Both the position numbers and the translations under genes were made by a program. A stretch of DNA of 63,996 bases, filler included, from Rhabdomonas costata (Eukaryota), in assembly GCA_019059605.1 (NCBI GenBank). It is 15 parts of 15 records of this genome, joined end to end, with 100 filler letters (N's around TTAATTAATTAA, not from the genome) between each part and the next. Parts side by side here need not be neighbours in the genome. Positions count along the whole stretch, not along the records: positions 1 to 4,179 come from JAHMHO010000320.1; positions 4,280 to 8,451 come from JAHMHO010000321.1; positions 8,552 to 12,735 come from JAHMHO010000322.1; 12 more parts are not named here. The stretch is one strand, 5' to 3'. Positions 1-12,692 of this stretch are shown here, piece after piece. Under the pieces are notes generated by a model, which saw only the letters and a list, made by a program, of their open reading frames with translations, had not been told where the DNA came from and ran no database searches. Every line of letters starts with the position of its first letter. The first letter of the stretch is position 1.

Positions 1-9
1 TTTTGGGGT

Positions 10-3000
10 GTGTTGCAAGAGAAGGACGTCAGCGCGGTCCGGTTTCCCATCCTCAAGGCGGACGCGATCAAATTCGTGTCCTCGTTCCGCCTGCAGATCC
101 CGAAGGCCCACTACATTGTCATCCTGCAGCTGCTGGCCAACTGGGTGCTCTGCCCCTCCGTGGTTCGCGCTGGCCTCCCCACCAAACCACAAATACTAAA
201 ACGCACACGCGCACGCGCTCATTCTTCCTACTTGGTGGTCGTCCAGCCGAAGCGTGTCCCAAGGGCACACTGTCTGCATCGGAGTTATGCAGTGAATGGA
301 GACGAGACCGTTAAGGGGTTATCCGGGGAAACTGCCAGCACGTCCGATGTGACATCTCCTTCGGCGGCTTTTCCTTCATTTGCTTGCTCTGTGTCTTAAC
401 CTATTGCATTTTGGGGGGAATGCTTGATGATTGCGTTGAGGGCGGTAAAAGCAGTAGTGTTTTCTCTACACTCTCAGCCTGCCTTTATATGCCCTTTAGG
501 TGGTCCACTCGTACGCTGCGGCTGCCGTGGAGCGGCTGCTGATGGTCAAGGAACCTGATGGCCACTTGCGTCTGCAAAAGCAGGACTGGAAGGACCTGAT
601 CCGGTTCTTGCCGCACCTTTCTCCAACCACTCAACCGCACACTAATGCTGGGCTTTCTCAGCGCAACGAACGGAACCTTCGTGAGGTCGTCCGTGGAGTT
701 CCTCCTCCTATTATGTCTTTTTGATGAGAAGGCTTTCGCCTCAGATGAGGCTTGGAGCCTGTTTCCTTTTCACTGCCCTTGTCATACAGGCCACTCCTGG
801 AGAATCTGGTGCGCACCCTGCAGGCCTCGAAGCAGGAGAACGAATGCCTCATGAAGGCTGTAATGCGGGTAGTGCTACTGGGACAGGAGCAGGTCACCCC
901 CTTTGTTCCGGTGCTGCTGCCCTTCCTTGTGGCGGTTCTGAGGCAGGTCGCGACGAACCCCAAGCAGCCCGTGTTCAACCACTGCCTGTTCGAGACACTG
1001 GGCGGGCTTGTGCGGTTCAGCCCAAGCCACATGGTGTGCGTTTACACTGAAAGGGGTTGCTGCACAATTGGCTTGGTGACGAGCGGCAGACGTTTTTCTC
1101 TGAAATGTGGGTCATATCGGTAAGCGGTTGTGGTTGCAGGTGTTTGAATGCGTGTCGTGCCAGTTAAGATTCGGGTGTACTCTCTTTCATCAAGTCATCT
1201 GCTACCAGGGTTGCAGAGGATTTGCATTGAAGTAACCTCCTCAAGTAACGTTGTCCGATCGGTGACCTTGCGTAACTTACTAACTTATCCTTAGATTTTG
1301 TCTCCGTGTTCTTCGCAGTTGGATCGGTCTAGGATTCAGCGAATTAACAAGGGCTCTTTCACTTGATCATTGCTCCAGAGGTGAGATGACTGGGTTCACT
1401 TTTCCTCTTTTGTGGAGGCCCCAGGTGGTGGGATGGGACTCAGGCTGCGATTGAGGCCGAGGTGTTCCCCATCTTCACCCAAATCCTGACCTCGGACACC
1501 GCGGAGTTCATGCCGTACGTCTTCCAGATCTTCGCGATGATGTTGGAGAGCAAGACGGAGGTTCCCCCGAGCTACCTGCAGCTGTTCCCGCCATTGCTCA
1601 GCCCTACGCTGTACGAGAACAAGGCCAACATCCCGGCCATAGTGAAGCTGATCAAGGTTTTTGTTTGGTGCAGACTGGTAGTAAAGTGGAAAGCGCATCA
1701 AGGACAGCATTGATATCTTCATCTTATGGAACAGGGCACGTGCTGGGGTTGGGGTTTGGAGTATGCGCTTTGAGCTTGCATTTGTATTCGTGCTCACCCC
1801 CGACCACCAGAAACTGGAACAGGAATTACATTCTCAACTCAGAATGTAGGATGTGGCGATTTGGTAGCGAATATGCTGTCCTTGGGTGAACCGGCGATGC
1901 AAAAGCCGAGGGCTGGCGTCACCAAGGCCGAGCCTTGAGAAAGCGAGGAATGCTTTATTCGGCCTCCATATTTATGTATGTGCTCTCCTTCTTCGCCCTT
2001 GCTTTTGCATCGGGTGTGAATATGGCTGCTTGCTGACAGGTGCTACACGTGGGAACGTCACCAGCGTTTGATATAGCGAGTTTCCAAATTAAGGTCTCGG
2101 AACGCGATAACTTGCCGCTGGGCAGGAGCGTATGCATCAGGCATGTTTCAAACGACTTACTGAGGATAAAAAGCATGTGTTTCCTTCGGAAACTTCCGTT
2201 TCCCGCTTGGCAAGAGAATGCAGCCACACAAACGTTTTGTTCTTCCATGACCACACGGGGGATCAGTTGATCACGTACAGCACAGTGCTGTGGCAGACAA
2301 ATGCTGCAGTGTCAGAGGGTTGAAAAAGGTCGGAAAGAAATAGTTTTTAAAAAGAGAGAAGTCTGTGTATGGACAGACACAAGTATATAATTTGCGGGAA
2401 ACGTCAGTTCTGTGTTCGTTGTAACGTGCCATACATAGAACGTGAGAACTCACCGTTGAAACAGGGGATCGTGCAGTGATACAAACACCTTGAAATGTTC
2501 TGACCCGAGGCCACCCGGGCACGCACAGGTTTTTCTGGAGAAGGCCCCGCCTGGGCGAGCACCTCGCTGAGGTCCCAGGGGGAAAGGAAAGTGATGGAAA
2601 GAGCAAGGAGGGAAATTGGGCAGGTGCGATCGGGCTTTTCCTGGTAGGGTGAGGTGGTCTAGAGCCCAGGAAGGCTGAAGAGCGAGCAGTAGATAACTGA
2701 AAAGTTGCGAGACCTTTTTTGCCACGTCGACAGTGCCCTGTGGTTTTGGACGAGGAGGGGGGGGCATCATCCTTTCTGCTGGTGACAGTACGGTACACAA
2801 ATGCCCACACTTTTTGGCCTTGGATAGATACATGTTGGAGGGCAAAGCAGGCCCGGGGTATTTTTGTGTTCAGTGGGCCTCTCAAAACGCTGCGTAGCCG
2901 GTACCCACCTGGTAGTGGGGTAAAGGGCTGTTTCCTGAATGGCCCGGGGACCAGCGACCCGCACAACTTAGCAACGGCAATCATGGCACGGCCAGGTCAG

Positions 3001-4179
3001 GTCCCTGCCATATATAACGCCTGCATCCTGATTCGAAGCGATGCCATGTTCCTTCGCATGCGGGCAGCTTTTGACTCCACCCACCACCACACCATCCTGC
3101 GCATCTTTGTGGCGTCATGTCTTGAGGTGGGAGGTCGAGCTATTCGGGAGATGGGGAGTGTACTCGAAAACCCTCAGGTGCTGAAGACGGTGATGACCGT
3201 CCTGCTGACCCGGCTGATGAAGAGCCGGACCCCGAAGTTTGTACGGTGCTTCCTGGTCTTTCTTTCCTTATTTGTGGTGAAGCTGGGCGCCGACCCCTTG
3301 GTTGACCTCATCGAGAGCCTGCAGCCCCCTGCTAGCCCCACCGCAGTGAAGGGTACGGGGCTCTGGCGGCAGGTCTTCGCCAACGTTTGGCTGAGGGACG
3401 TCTCAAAGGTATGGAAGAACACCCCCTTTCGGCTGCTGGAAACCGATTTGGAGGAAGTTGCCATGTCCTTAAGAGAGCTCTGAAGGTAGAAAACCGATGT
3501 CTGATGATGATTCGCGGCAGCCCCGTCCTGCGACTTCTGGTTTAAGAATTGAGACTCGGAGCCGGGCAACACTGAAGATTGCTTGTGTCAGGGCTTCACT
3601 GGCCACTCGCTCGCAACACAAAGGTCTCTGGCCGCGTGCCGCGCAAGCTGTGCGTGGTGGCGCTGACCAAGCTGGTGGTGCAGTGCCAGACCCTGGGTGC
3701 GGAGCCCCTCTTCACTGAGCTGTGGCCACAGACCGTCGCCGCGGCGGTGCGGCTGCTCGATGGCGCTGCCGAGGAGCAGGTCAGCGATTGTTTTCATCGT
3801 GTTTCAAGAACGAATGTACTGCAGTCACCATGGATGTGCTGTCACTGCTTGCAGTGACTCCAAGCTTTCGCCGACATTCGAGTGGTGACGTAATTCCTTA
3901 AATGTCCCCACCCATCCCAAGAAACGGTTAGCTGAAGAGGTCTCTATGGACTTCTCCCGCGCCTTCTGTCTTTCTCTCCTTTAATTTAATTAGTGGACGC
4001 AGTCTCTTGGTGCTGTTTTTACCCAGATTCACCACTTCGATAGAAATTGGCGAAAGAACGGGTGGTGCCAAAGAACTCTTGCGCCCGAGGCTGCTTTGGT
4101 TTTGGTTTCAGGGAACACACTTCCCCACCTCCCTTCCCCACCCCTGCAGGAGGCTGAGCACCACCACTCTGCTGACCAC
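10..4179 (+). CDS. CSE1: Exportin-2 / CSE1 (CAS), partial, multi-exon
   Basis: GT-AG exons at about 10-162, 500-603, 790-1033, 1444-1656, 2529-2571, 3178-3408, 3624-3779 and 4150-4179. Peptides ILKADAIKFV, VVHSYAA, ENECLMKAVMR, NPKQPVFNHCLFE, EFMPYVFQI, NIPAIVKL and RLMKSRTPKFVRCFLVF follow the CSE1 C-terminal half in order. Confidence 0.92.
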
Positions 4180-4279
4180 NNNNNNNNNNNNNNNNNNNNN
4201 NNNNNNNNNNNNNNNNNNNNNNNTTAATTAATTAANNNNNNNNNNNNNNNNNNNNNNNNNNNNNNNNNNNNNNNNNNNN
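4180..4279. other. Artificial contig spacer (N run + TTAATTAATTAA + N run), first of 14
   Basis: Identical 100-nt spacers at 4180, 8452, 12736, 17009, 21283, 25553, 29855, 34117, 38385, 42652, 46940, 51390, 55654 and 59925. The core puts stops in all six frames. Neighbouring contigs are not linked. Confidence 0.98.
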
Positions 4280-4282
4280 GGG

Positions 4283-4373
4283 GGTGCAGTGGTGGCTTAC
4301 TGGGTCCTGGGTCACGGGAAGCAGCCTGGGGGGCTTCCCGTGACCCAGGACCCAGTAAGCCACCACTGCACCT
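4283..4373. repeat. About 40-bp inverted repeat at contig start (probable fold-back chimera)
   Basis: GGTGCAGTGGTGGCTTACTGGGTCCTGGGTCACGGGAAGC (4283-4322) is reverse-complemented at about 4333-4372, right at the contig edge. Confidence 0.85.
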
Positions 4374-4910
4374 CCCCGACGAAGGCGGTAGCATCTCGGT
4401 TGTTGTCGTATATCAGGACATCGACCTACAGCGTGCAGGTAGCAAGGAGGGTTGTGAACCTTAGGAAACATTAGCGGGAAAAATCAGCAATGGGAAGCAG
4501 TGCCATTAAACTAAAATTCACACAAAAAGAGGCAGTGGAAGAGAAAGAGGAAGGATGCAGAACGTGAAAAAGGGAAGGGAAAAAGACGCAGCGGAACTAG
4601 GGATTACAAACACTTACGGTTTAAAATTACTGGGACGAGGAGGCCCATGGGAAAGGAGAATGGACACCGCTTATAATTGGCTTGCTCAAAACGCATGCAA
4701 AATTACCTTTCCAAATGCTTTTGCGCGACCTCGTTCTGTTCGGAGCTTGGAAAAGACACCGGTCCCAAAAATCGCGATGCAAACCAGAGATTCGCTGTGA
4801 GAATGCGCACTTCAAAGACATGTCCAAATATTTAAAAAGACACACAAAACAAACTACGACTTACGGAATCACCCAACTTTCATCTGTCACCCGCCAACGG
4901 GTCCCTAAAA

Positions 4911-5099
4911 GCTTACACTTTCGCCGAGGAGCTGGCCAACCTCATTCGGGTCGGCATCCTGGCGCTTCAAGCCCACCAGCTGCTCCACGGCGTCCCTGTC
5001 GACGTCGCGAAAAGAGGGCTTGATCTCTCCTCGGGCAACGCCGCCCCAGTAGTCCACTACACTCCCCGCGGCACGCCCCAGGTTTCCAAACCAGCTCAT
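4911..5099 (-). CDS. Hypothetical protein, probable first exon
   Basis: ATG at 5099 gives MSWFGNLGRAAGSVVDYWGGVARGEIKPSFRDVDRDAVEQLVGLKRQDADPNEVGQLLGE. GC-rich like other exons, ending near a GTAAGC donor. Family not recognised. Confidence 0.5.
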
Positions 5100-7194
5100 T
5101 GCTTTGGAATGCGTGAAACAAAGCTCTGTGGGTGGTGAAAACGCAGGCACAACGGAGAGGCATTCCCCACGCCCGCAGAGCTGTTGTTAGCATAGAAAAA
5201 GTAAGCGAAAATGTCAATTACTTCGATAATGGGGCTTGCGCCAAGAGAAGGGCTTGCGGCAGAAAAATCTATTTCATGGAGTAACGGTCATAGTTTCAAA
5301 ACCGCACCGTGCCCTCAAAACTCTATTCGTCAACAACCTCGCAGGGCTAGTCCATCTCTGATAGTCGTGCACTTCAAATCGACATCCGGGCGAGGGAATG
5401 GTGAACAGTTCCTAAGGTACCGATACTGCAGACAAATCAACACTTTCTGCTCCTCTGCACAACTTGGGGTTGTGCAAAACATTGGAGCACCATTTCACTT
5501 TTGCGTTCGGGGGAAGCAAAATAAAGAATGTCTGTTTTGCCAAATAGACAAAGAGTTCCGAGAATAGTATCAGTGTTCCCTGGTGCCCGAAGATGAAGAG
5601 CAGTGCGTTAAAAGTTGAAGGACAATTGCATTACAAAATGCTCAGAAAGGCCTGCTTAAAGTAGGTGTACGCAGTTTGGGGACTTTTTCACAACAGAACA
5701 GGTGTCGAGCAGCTGACGACCCATTTGACTGAAACTGAATGCCACCCCCACCAACCAGCAATGCGGCAAAAGAGTCATCCCGGTTTCCCAAGACACCTAC
5801 TTTTTGCTCAATACAACCAAACACACAGGGCGTGCAAGCAGGTATCAGAGAATCGTGCGCACTGGGGGCAAGTAAATGGGAAAGATGGGAAAGGGAAATG
5901 GTAGCCCGTCAGCCCGTCACAAAGACCTAGGCTGTGGGAAGCAACTTAATTGACACAACGCACAGACACGGAAGGGCTCTTTCACCTGTTTCTTCTGTTT
6001 GGTGTCCGCATCCGTAACACCACCAACCAATTCCCTAACTGATGTGCAAGAGACTGCATTGGGGTGTGTGGGCAAGTGGATATTCAAACGGATACGGAGG
6101 ACGTTTTAGCAGAACTGGTCTTTCCTGTGAAACAGAAATGTAAAAAATATTCACTCGGCTCAGAATCGAACATAGAAGACCCCAGAAGTCCTGGCATACA
6201 CCCGTGGCGGGAAGACCTCGGCACCTCCAGCCTCGGCACGCAGTAACCTGAAACCCCCGAACTCTCTGAAACAACAGCTGAACGTGACATTCAGCATCTA
6301 TCCATCTTAAGGCCTCGAACAAAAACATTGTGAATGCTGCGTTCCTCCCCTCCCACGAGAACTTGGATGAAAAGTTTCATGTCCTGTGAATTCGGGGTCG
6401 CAGAGTAGATGCATAATCTAACTGGATTCGGAAAAGGGTGCTTGGAGTTCAGAAACATCGCGAAAGCAAGGTACAGACAGAAGAAAAACTCATTCAAACA
6501 AATGGGAAACAACACCTGAGATGTACTCGCTGAATTGCTAGTTGTCTGGTGAAATGACACTGGGGGACTGGGGGGGGGGTGCCCGTATAATACCATTATA
6601 GTACGTGAAGTTTTAAGGATAGTTACACCCAAAAACTCAGAAGAACGTATGTGACGTAACCTGAAGTCGTCAGACCCTACATGATTGCCATCTTCTTCAG
6701 CAGGATGGTTATATGGTCCCGCGACTCCCTCTGCCATCTTGGCACGCACCCATATCAATAAAAGGCCTTGTTTTGTGGTGCTAAGCGTCGATTTTTGCAC
6801 CCAGCGGGAATGCTTTCACATCACGCATGCGGGTTGTGTAGAGTTTGGTCCTCACGCGGGTAGGTTTTCTGCTTGGGAAGCACAAAACCGCTGAAAAAAA
6901 AGAAGAATTCTGTGGTTCTGAGTTTGCGGTGTGACGTACTTTTTTATGTAATGAGCACAGGAGTTGTAAGGAAAGTTGAAAAGCGGGTTCTACCTAGCTG
7001 ATTTCCTTACGAAAGCCGCTGAAGGGGGATGCTTTTTGCCCTGTTTGCGACGTACACGGCATGTGATTATGAATGTAGTGCACGGAGATGGACCACGATG
7101 TTGACCCGAAACGGTCGGGGTTCTGAGAAATCAGGCTCGGGGCGCCCCTGTTGTTGTGGGGTTGATGAGTAAGGGATATGGGGGTGGGTACTAG

Positions 7195-8104
7195 TTCGCG
7201 TCACCCTGCACGGGACTCAGCAGCAGTTCCACCAGTTCAACAAAGCCGCGCGACGAGGACTTCTGGACGACTCCATCTTCCTTTTTACTGGGTTGCAACT
7301 CGAGGTATGGGCGGGACACTGCCGACGCTATGACACTCACTTGGCCCTGAACATATTGCACCCCAGAAACGAAACCTGTGCACGACCTGCTTCTTTCCCC
7401 GCCTTACACTCAGCAATCGTAGCACGCAGGTGCTGCAGCTTTACCGCATCACCTTTGGCAAGCGTCCCATCAGTGCGCCTTGCCGAAAAAGCTATCACCA
7501 AGATGCGCGAAAACCCTTGGTGAAAATCAGTCGAATAACGATTATTATATATCGGTATATTCTTTCTGCTGCTTTTGTGCTGTGTATATCTTGGAAGCTT
7601 GTGCCCGAATCTCGTTTCTGCTTCCTTGTTTGCTCAGATCTACGGTGTGCAGAGGTTTAACAATCTTGAGGAGGAGAGTCTCCGGGCTCTGCTGGAGGAG
7701 AAAGGAGCGCTGCTCATCGCGTGCACGGTAAGGCGCGCTGGTCATCCCCCGCGCTCTTCCTCGACTCCCCACACCTGATTCACATTCTCATCCATCATGT
7801 GGTCCAACTCCTTGTGCACTCAATCACACCAATCTCCGGTCACTTTTTGGCACGGTTCATCTACAGGAAGAGCCCGCTTTCCCTGATGATGGTTTTTGGT
7901 GTGATGGTTTCTTCGTGAGATACATTGTTCATGTAGCCGCTCCCGTTGTGTGTTACGGGGGTCCCGTTGTTTTTGGCGGGGCAGAACAAAGTCAAGACGT
8001 ACACCAAGCGCAACCAGGCCCTGGGCAGGGTGGCCGACCTGGAGCACATCGGCAGCCGCATCAAGTTCTTCTTCCACGATGTCATTGACGCCAACATGCC
8101 CAAC
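7195..8104 (+). CDS. Hypothetical protein, partial multi-exon
   Basis: Phase-compatible GT-AG exons 7195-7304, 7430-7519, 7638-7727 and 7985-8104 (RVTLHGTQQQFHQFNK...FNNLEEESLRALLEEKG...NKVKTYTKRNQALGRVADLEHIGSRIKFFFHDVID). Family not recognised. Confidence 0.6.
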
Positions 8105-9449
8105 GTGCGCCTTTTCGTTTCACTCTTCCACCCGCACTCACCACCTGCATTCCTGGTTGCGGCGCTTCTCAATATCGACTGCTTTGCGCGAATGTGGACG
8201 AATATGGACCTCCATTGCAACATAGGCCTGCAAGTTTTGTTGGGATTTGCAACTTATGTCCTCAACCGGGCACCTGCTGTCCCCCCACGTCCACAGGGGA
8301 AGTCCTGGTTGGGGTGGGGCCAAAGTTGCCTTCGGCATAACACCTGAGCGAGACCAGCGTGTCATTCAGATTCGAGCCGACTTGTGCCTGACAGTATTCG
8401 TACCAGTGTTTACCCTTTACACCCAACTCAGTGTGCGTGCACAACCACCCCNNNNNNNNNNNNNNNNNNNNNNNNNNNNNNNNNNNNNNNNNNNNTTAAT
8501 TAATTAANNNNNNNNNNNNNNNNNNNNNNNNNNNNNNNNNNNNNNNNNNNNGTGTGGGAATGAATAGTGTGGATAGTGTGGATGTGGGTGAAAAGGCGGT
8601 TGTGAAGAGTGGTTTAGGACTTCGGCGGCGTTGGGGGTGGTTAGCTCGAAACATTCTGATTCGGAATTCTGGCCTCTGTCTTTGAATTCTTTTTCACAGA
8701 TGTCCATTAGTATATTACATGAGAAATTTGACACACAGTGACGGTTGCGAACGGATGTGTGATAAAGCATAGAGTGGTGGTGTAGCAGACAAGCGTGAAA
8801 TTGATAACAGCATGGAAGTGGTGCGGGTAGTACCTTGCTGCGATCAATGAACGTAGCACTTTACTAACGCACAAATACAGCGATGACGATGCTTGCCTGT
8901 AACGCAACCAATGAGTGCATGAGTTGATGCCGTGGCGCACGATTTATGTTGTCATCAGGTACGCCTGGAACCACGTGTTACGATGACACTATGCGTATGA
9001 GTCGGAGAGTGAGATAACCTCCGCCGTTGGTCGTATGATGGAAGTCATGGTTACTGATTCCAGGCTAAGGCATAAACCCACATAAGGTGACGCCAAGGCA
9101 GAGATGGACCGGCATCACACACTACCCAACCTCTCACGCTAGATGTGGATCACGATGGATGTGGCCATGACTTTCAGCCTCCAGTGGTTGGGTGCCCGCA
9201 TGGTTTGTGGTGAATAATACGGCCATGTGTTGGGTGACATAGTTGTGTTTATGTTTATGCTATGCCTTAATATATACCTTTAGTTGTACAACCTCTATTT
9301 ATATTGGTAGGTAAGACATACGCGTATAGGAACCACCACTATGATGCACAGTTGTATGGCATTCCACACACCACTAATTGGTAACATGAAAAGTAGTGCA
9401 TGACTACCACCTGTGCTGACCGTACCAAGAGATGTCAAACCCACCACCA

Positions 9450-10357
9450 TACGTCAGCACAGCCGAATTCAATATCTGCAAATCCTGCACAAACTTGGCG
9501 CCTAAATCTACAGGATTGTATTTTAACTGGTGAACGTTGTTCTCTGCATACAACCAAAACTACAATCCACATCATTAATTATCAAACGTTGTTTCACACT
9601 TATCAGGTGGTTCACGTAGTAGAAGGCAAAGTAAACTTTATCTCCCATGAAACTATGTGAGCCAGCGCCAATTCTATCGGAAACATTACTGCCCAACGGG
9701 TCTTTTTCACCTTATATGGTACTCTGCAAAAGAAACGAACTGCTCAAAAGTCCACACTTGCATGTGGTTACTGAAGTTTTTCCAACACAAAAACGGTGGC
9801 AATTCCAAATTTGCACACGGATAATTCCACACACTTCGTGTGTACACAGCTCCTCTGACTTCTGTACACGTAACGGCCTGAGCATGTGGAACACTCGATT
9901 AAACCACCTCTCTTGAGTATTATATGAATCTCAACGTCAATTACCATAATCCCACATGGATTGTACGTACAACACTGTGTATTTGCAAATCCACCTGACA
10001 ACATTTGCATCTGTATTAATTTTTCTCTTGTATCTATTATCAAACATACCTCCAGCACATGTTTGATAACTCTCCTCATTCCAACATTATCTGTATGTAA
10101 CTCTGTATTTCCCTCATGTTGATAATGCCTAGGACTCTGGCGCGACTACTCTGGCATTTTCCAAATCATTCGGAGGCACACGAGGGTACCCCATTTATAA
10201 GCACACCCTGTGAAACCTTATCACCAAAACTGTGTATCCGGGTATCTTTTCTGAAACACTCAATTCTAAGAAATAATTTCTTCCGAAAAAACTACTCTTT
10301 CGGCTCATAATTTATTACTTTGTATTGACCGAAAACCTCACAACCTCTCTCTGGAAT
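9450..10357 (-). pseudogene. Decayed second copy of the Maelstrom-like nuclease element (homologous to about 43405-44412)
   Basis: The reverse complement aligns by eye with the 43-44 kb region. Identical blocks include TTTCACAGGGTGTGCTTATAAA, GTGGACTTTTGAGCAGTT and GTATGCAGAGAACAACGTTCACCAGTTAA. It has several stops and deletions. Confidence 0.88.
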
Positions 10358-10413
10358 CACATCATATTACTCTGCACAGCAAATCAGCACTGAGTCTAAC
10401 CATGAAACGTCTC

Positions 10414-11554
10414 CATTTTTGTCATCATATTGTATCTAATATGTTCGTATATTGCCGTCCATAAAACTTTAGACCGACTCTGTTAACTTAACTCTGGAGC
10501 AACAATCACTCATACCTCACTTCCCATCAGGTGAATGTAAAGCCCACATAAGCGTTACCGGAACAAGTCGCTCCCTCCATCAAGGCAGCCTGGGTCACCC
10601 CTTCTGCTACTCCTCCGGCGGTGGCGATGGACTTGGAGCTCAGGGCCTAGGAGCCGTCTTCCCAGCCGGGCCGATGAGCGCATTTGGAGGGTGGTGGTGC
10701 AAGGCTGCTTTGCAGGTTCACCTTTCATCGCGCAGTGGGGTGGGTCCTTCGACTTGAGCGATGTGATTCGATGTGTTTTTAACGGTCTACTCTGCTCTCA
10801 TTGGCAATTTTGAATGTTGTCGGTATGTGTGCATGTGATGGGCCCGATAAGGTGGACCGATCTTGTCCACCAGTAGCGTCTTGCTTGGTTCCGCTGCGAA
10901 TTATGTAGTAGTTTGCATGCTTTCCCTTGCGCGTCAATGCAGTGACATACCAGCCCTGACGGATTTATTCCGTACTACGTGCATTACGTTGGCTCCGTTC
11001 TGTCAAGTGTTTCCATTCCACGATTGGACTTTGCTGTGCTGTCTTGCCTGATGCTCCTTGAACCGTCCGGCTCGTGGGCCTGAGGATGAGAGTTCAATAG
11101 ATTGGAGTGGTGTTTCGTCATTGCTGGGGCTTTAGCTCCCCTTCTCCAAAGCGAAGGACCTGTACACTCCACTCTCCATCCGCTTCTTCCACCATCCACC
11201 ATTTTCCCCCTTCAACCGGGTTCATATGGCTTTTGGCAGGCTGGCCACGCCGCAATACCGTGTTCAATGTCGAAAATTGTGCTTGGAGTTTGGCGCGGCG
11301 CTGTTCGAAGAGGAGAGGCTAAGACTTTAAGTGATATACCAGGGCCCCAGGCCTAGCGGGGAACGCGGAATCACCAACCAGCGCGCGTAGCGAGTGAGCG
11401 TGTGGATAAGAGCTTGAATGACTAGCACTTTGAGGAGAGATCATTTTCTTCATCATATTTTACGTAATCCGGTCTCGCAATGAAGTATTGTATCTATTAT
11501 GTTTGGATGTTGACTTCCATAAAACTTTAGACAGACTCTGTTAACTTATCTCTG
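10414..11554 (+). repeat. Imperfect direct repeat (about 10414-10497 and 11442-11554) flanking a GC-richer block
   Basis: Shared core TATTGTATCTA(A/T)TATGTT...TCCATAAAACTTTAGAC(C/A)GACTCTGTTAACTTA..CTCTG occurs twice about 1.05 kb apart. Confidence 0.8.
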
Positions 11555-12237
11555 ACAAGTATTCCAATAACAAAATAGCTGATAACAAATTTTGTGCCGG
11601 TCATAGTGTCTCATAGTATGGGGCTATGTAGACTCTGGAAGGTCGCACAATAACATTAGATTCTATCTGTAATTCAGTAAATATGTGATGTACTCTCTTG
11701 ACAGGCACACTGTTAATTTCATCCTTCACCAGGACAAAATATCCATCCAAGTTGTGCGCTTATGCAAATAAATTATCGCGGTCATCACTTGATTTATGGT
11801 ATGGTTTGTCCTTTAGGATTTACTGTTGATCTGTGAAATGTACGGCAATGATCTTCTGGATGTATAGGAAGATCACAAGACCTCTCAAGAACACTGACAT
11901 AAAAATTCGATCTCGATTGCTAACAATACTACTCGTTAAAACAAAGTGTATCACTATCTACAACAAGAAACCCTGCAGTTTTGTAGGCATTAATTTCGTT
12001 GTGCACTTATCAACGCAACCATCTTTGTAGCCAATTTGTAACGTCTAACAACTCACCCATCACTTGCCATTTGCCTGAGACTTTACAAGGGCCTGGGTTT
12101 GTTGAAACAAAATTCATTGATATTGATTCTAATTTCCTCACTGGCACCTCCAACACCTGGGCGGAATTTGCACCTCTTAAACACACCGCAGGTACACACA
12201 TAAGCTCACACCTTTCTCTTTATGTTATTGAACGTAA

Positions 12238-12692
12238 GTGCAGTTGATCGTGGCTGCCTTCCGTGCCACTACACAATGTACTGATGCTGTAGGAGAATCG
12301 TGGTATCACGAAATCATCTCCAACTACATTCGGAAATGTAAGACAATGATGCCACTTTGTGTGGTACAACACCTCTGCAGTGGTCAAGTTGAAATTCCTC
12401 TTCCGCACTACTGGGTAAAGCCAGTAGTCGGCCCACAAACCCTCTTGATCACATTTTGCTGCCACATTTAAATGTGTACAGAGCAGTACATATAACCTCA
12501 ACGTCTCCAAGATCAGCAAACACACCCTATATACAAATACCAGAATTGCATAGTGTGCTTAGAAAGTGCATTAGAATAACATTTTGCATTCAGTGAATGT
12601 GGGCAATATGCAAAGTATACCCCAATAATAACTCCAACCACCGCATTTGCCTGGCAAATGCAGCGTGATTTTATTCAAATAGATTATTTATA
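12238..12692 (+). pseudogene. Decayed ORF ending in a RING-finger-like remnant
   Basis: One frame reads ...FCCHI*MCTEQYI*PQRLQDQQTHPIYKYQNCIVCLESALE*HFAFSECGQ. CxxCLE...AFxECG matches the first half of a C3HC4 RING. Three in-frame TAA stops. Confidence 0.45.

Noticed and set aside
4224-4235. Recurring TTAATTAATTAA as a biological repeat or CRISPR-like array
   Set aside because: It always sits between fixed-length N runs, so it is a concatenation linker.
4283-4373. Long hairpin as a MITE or miRNA precursor
   Set aside because: It lies exactly at a contig edge. The equivalent hairpin at 29956-30071 copies coding sequence, so fold-back chimeras explain both better.
8890-9240. Protein-like frame with stops (VHELMPWRTIYVVIRYAWNH...) beside the decayed nuclease
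   Set aside because: No recognisable motif, so it cannot be told from chance.
12238-12692. In-frame TAA codons as evidence of an alternative genetic code
   Set aside because: Host genes end on ordinary stops (CutC on TAA, ATP12 on TAG, TS on TGA) and have no internal stops, so decay explains the pattern.
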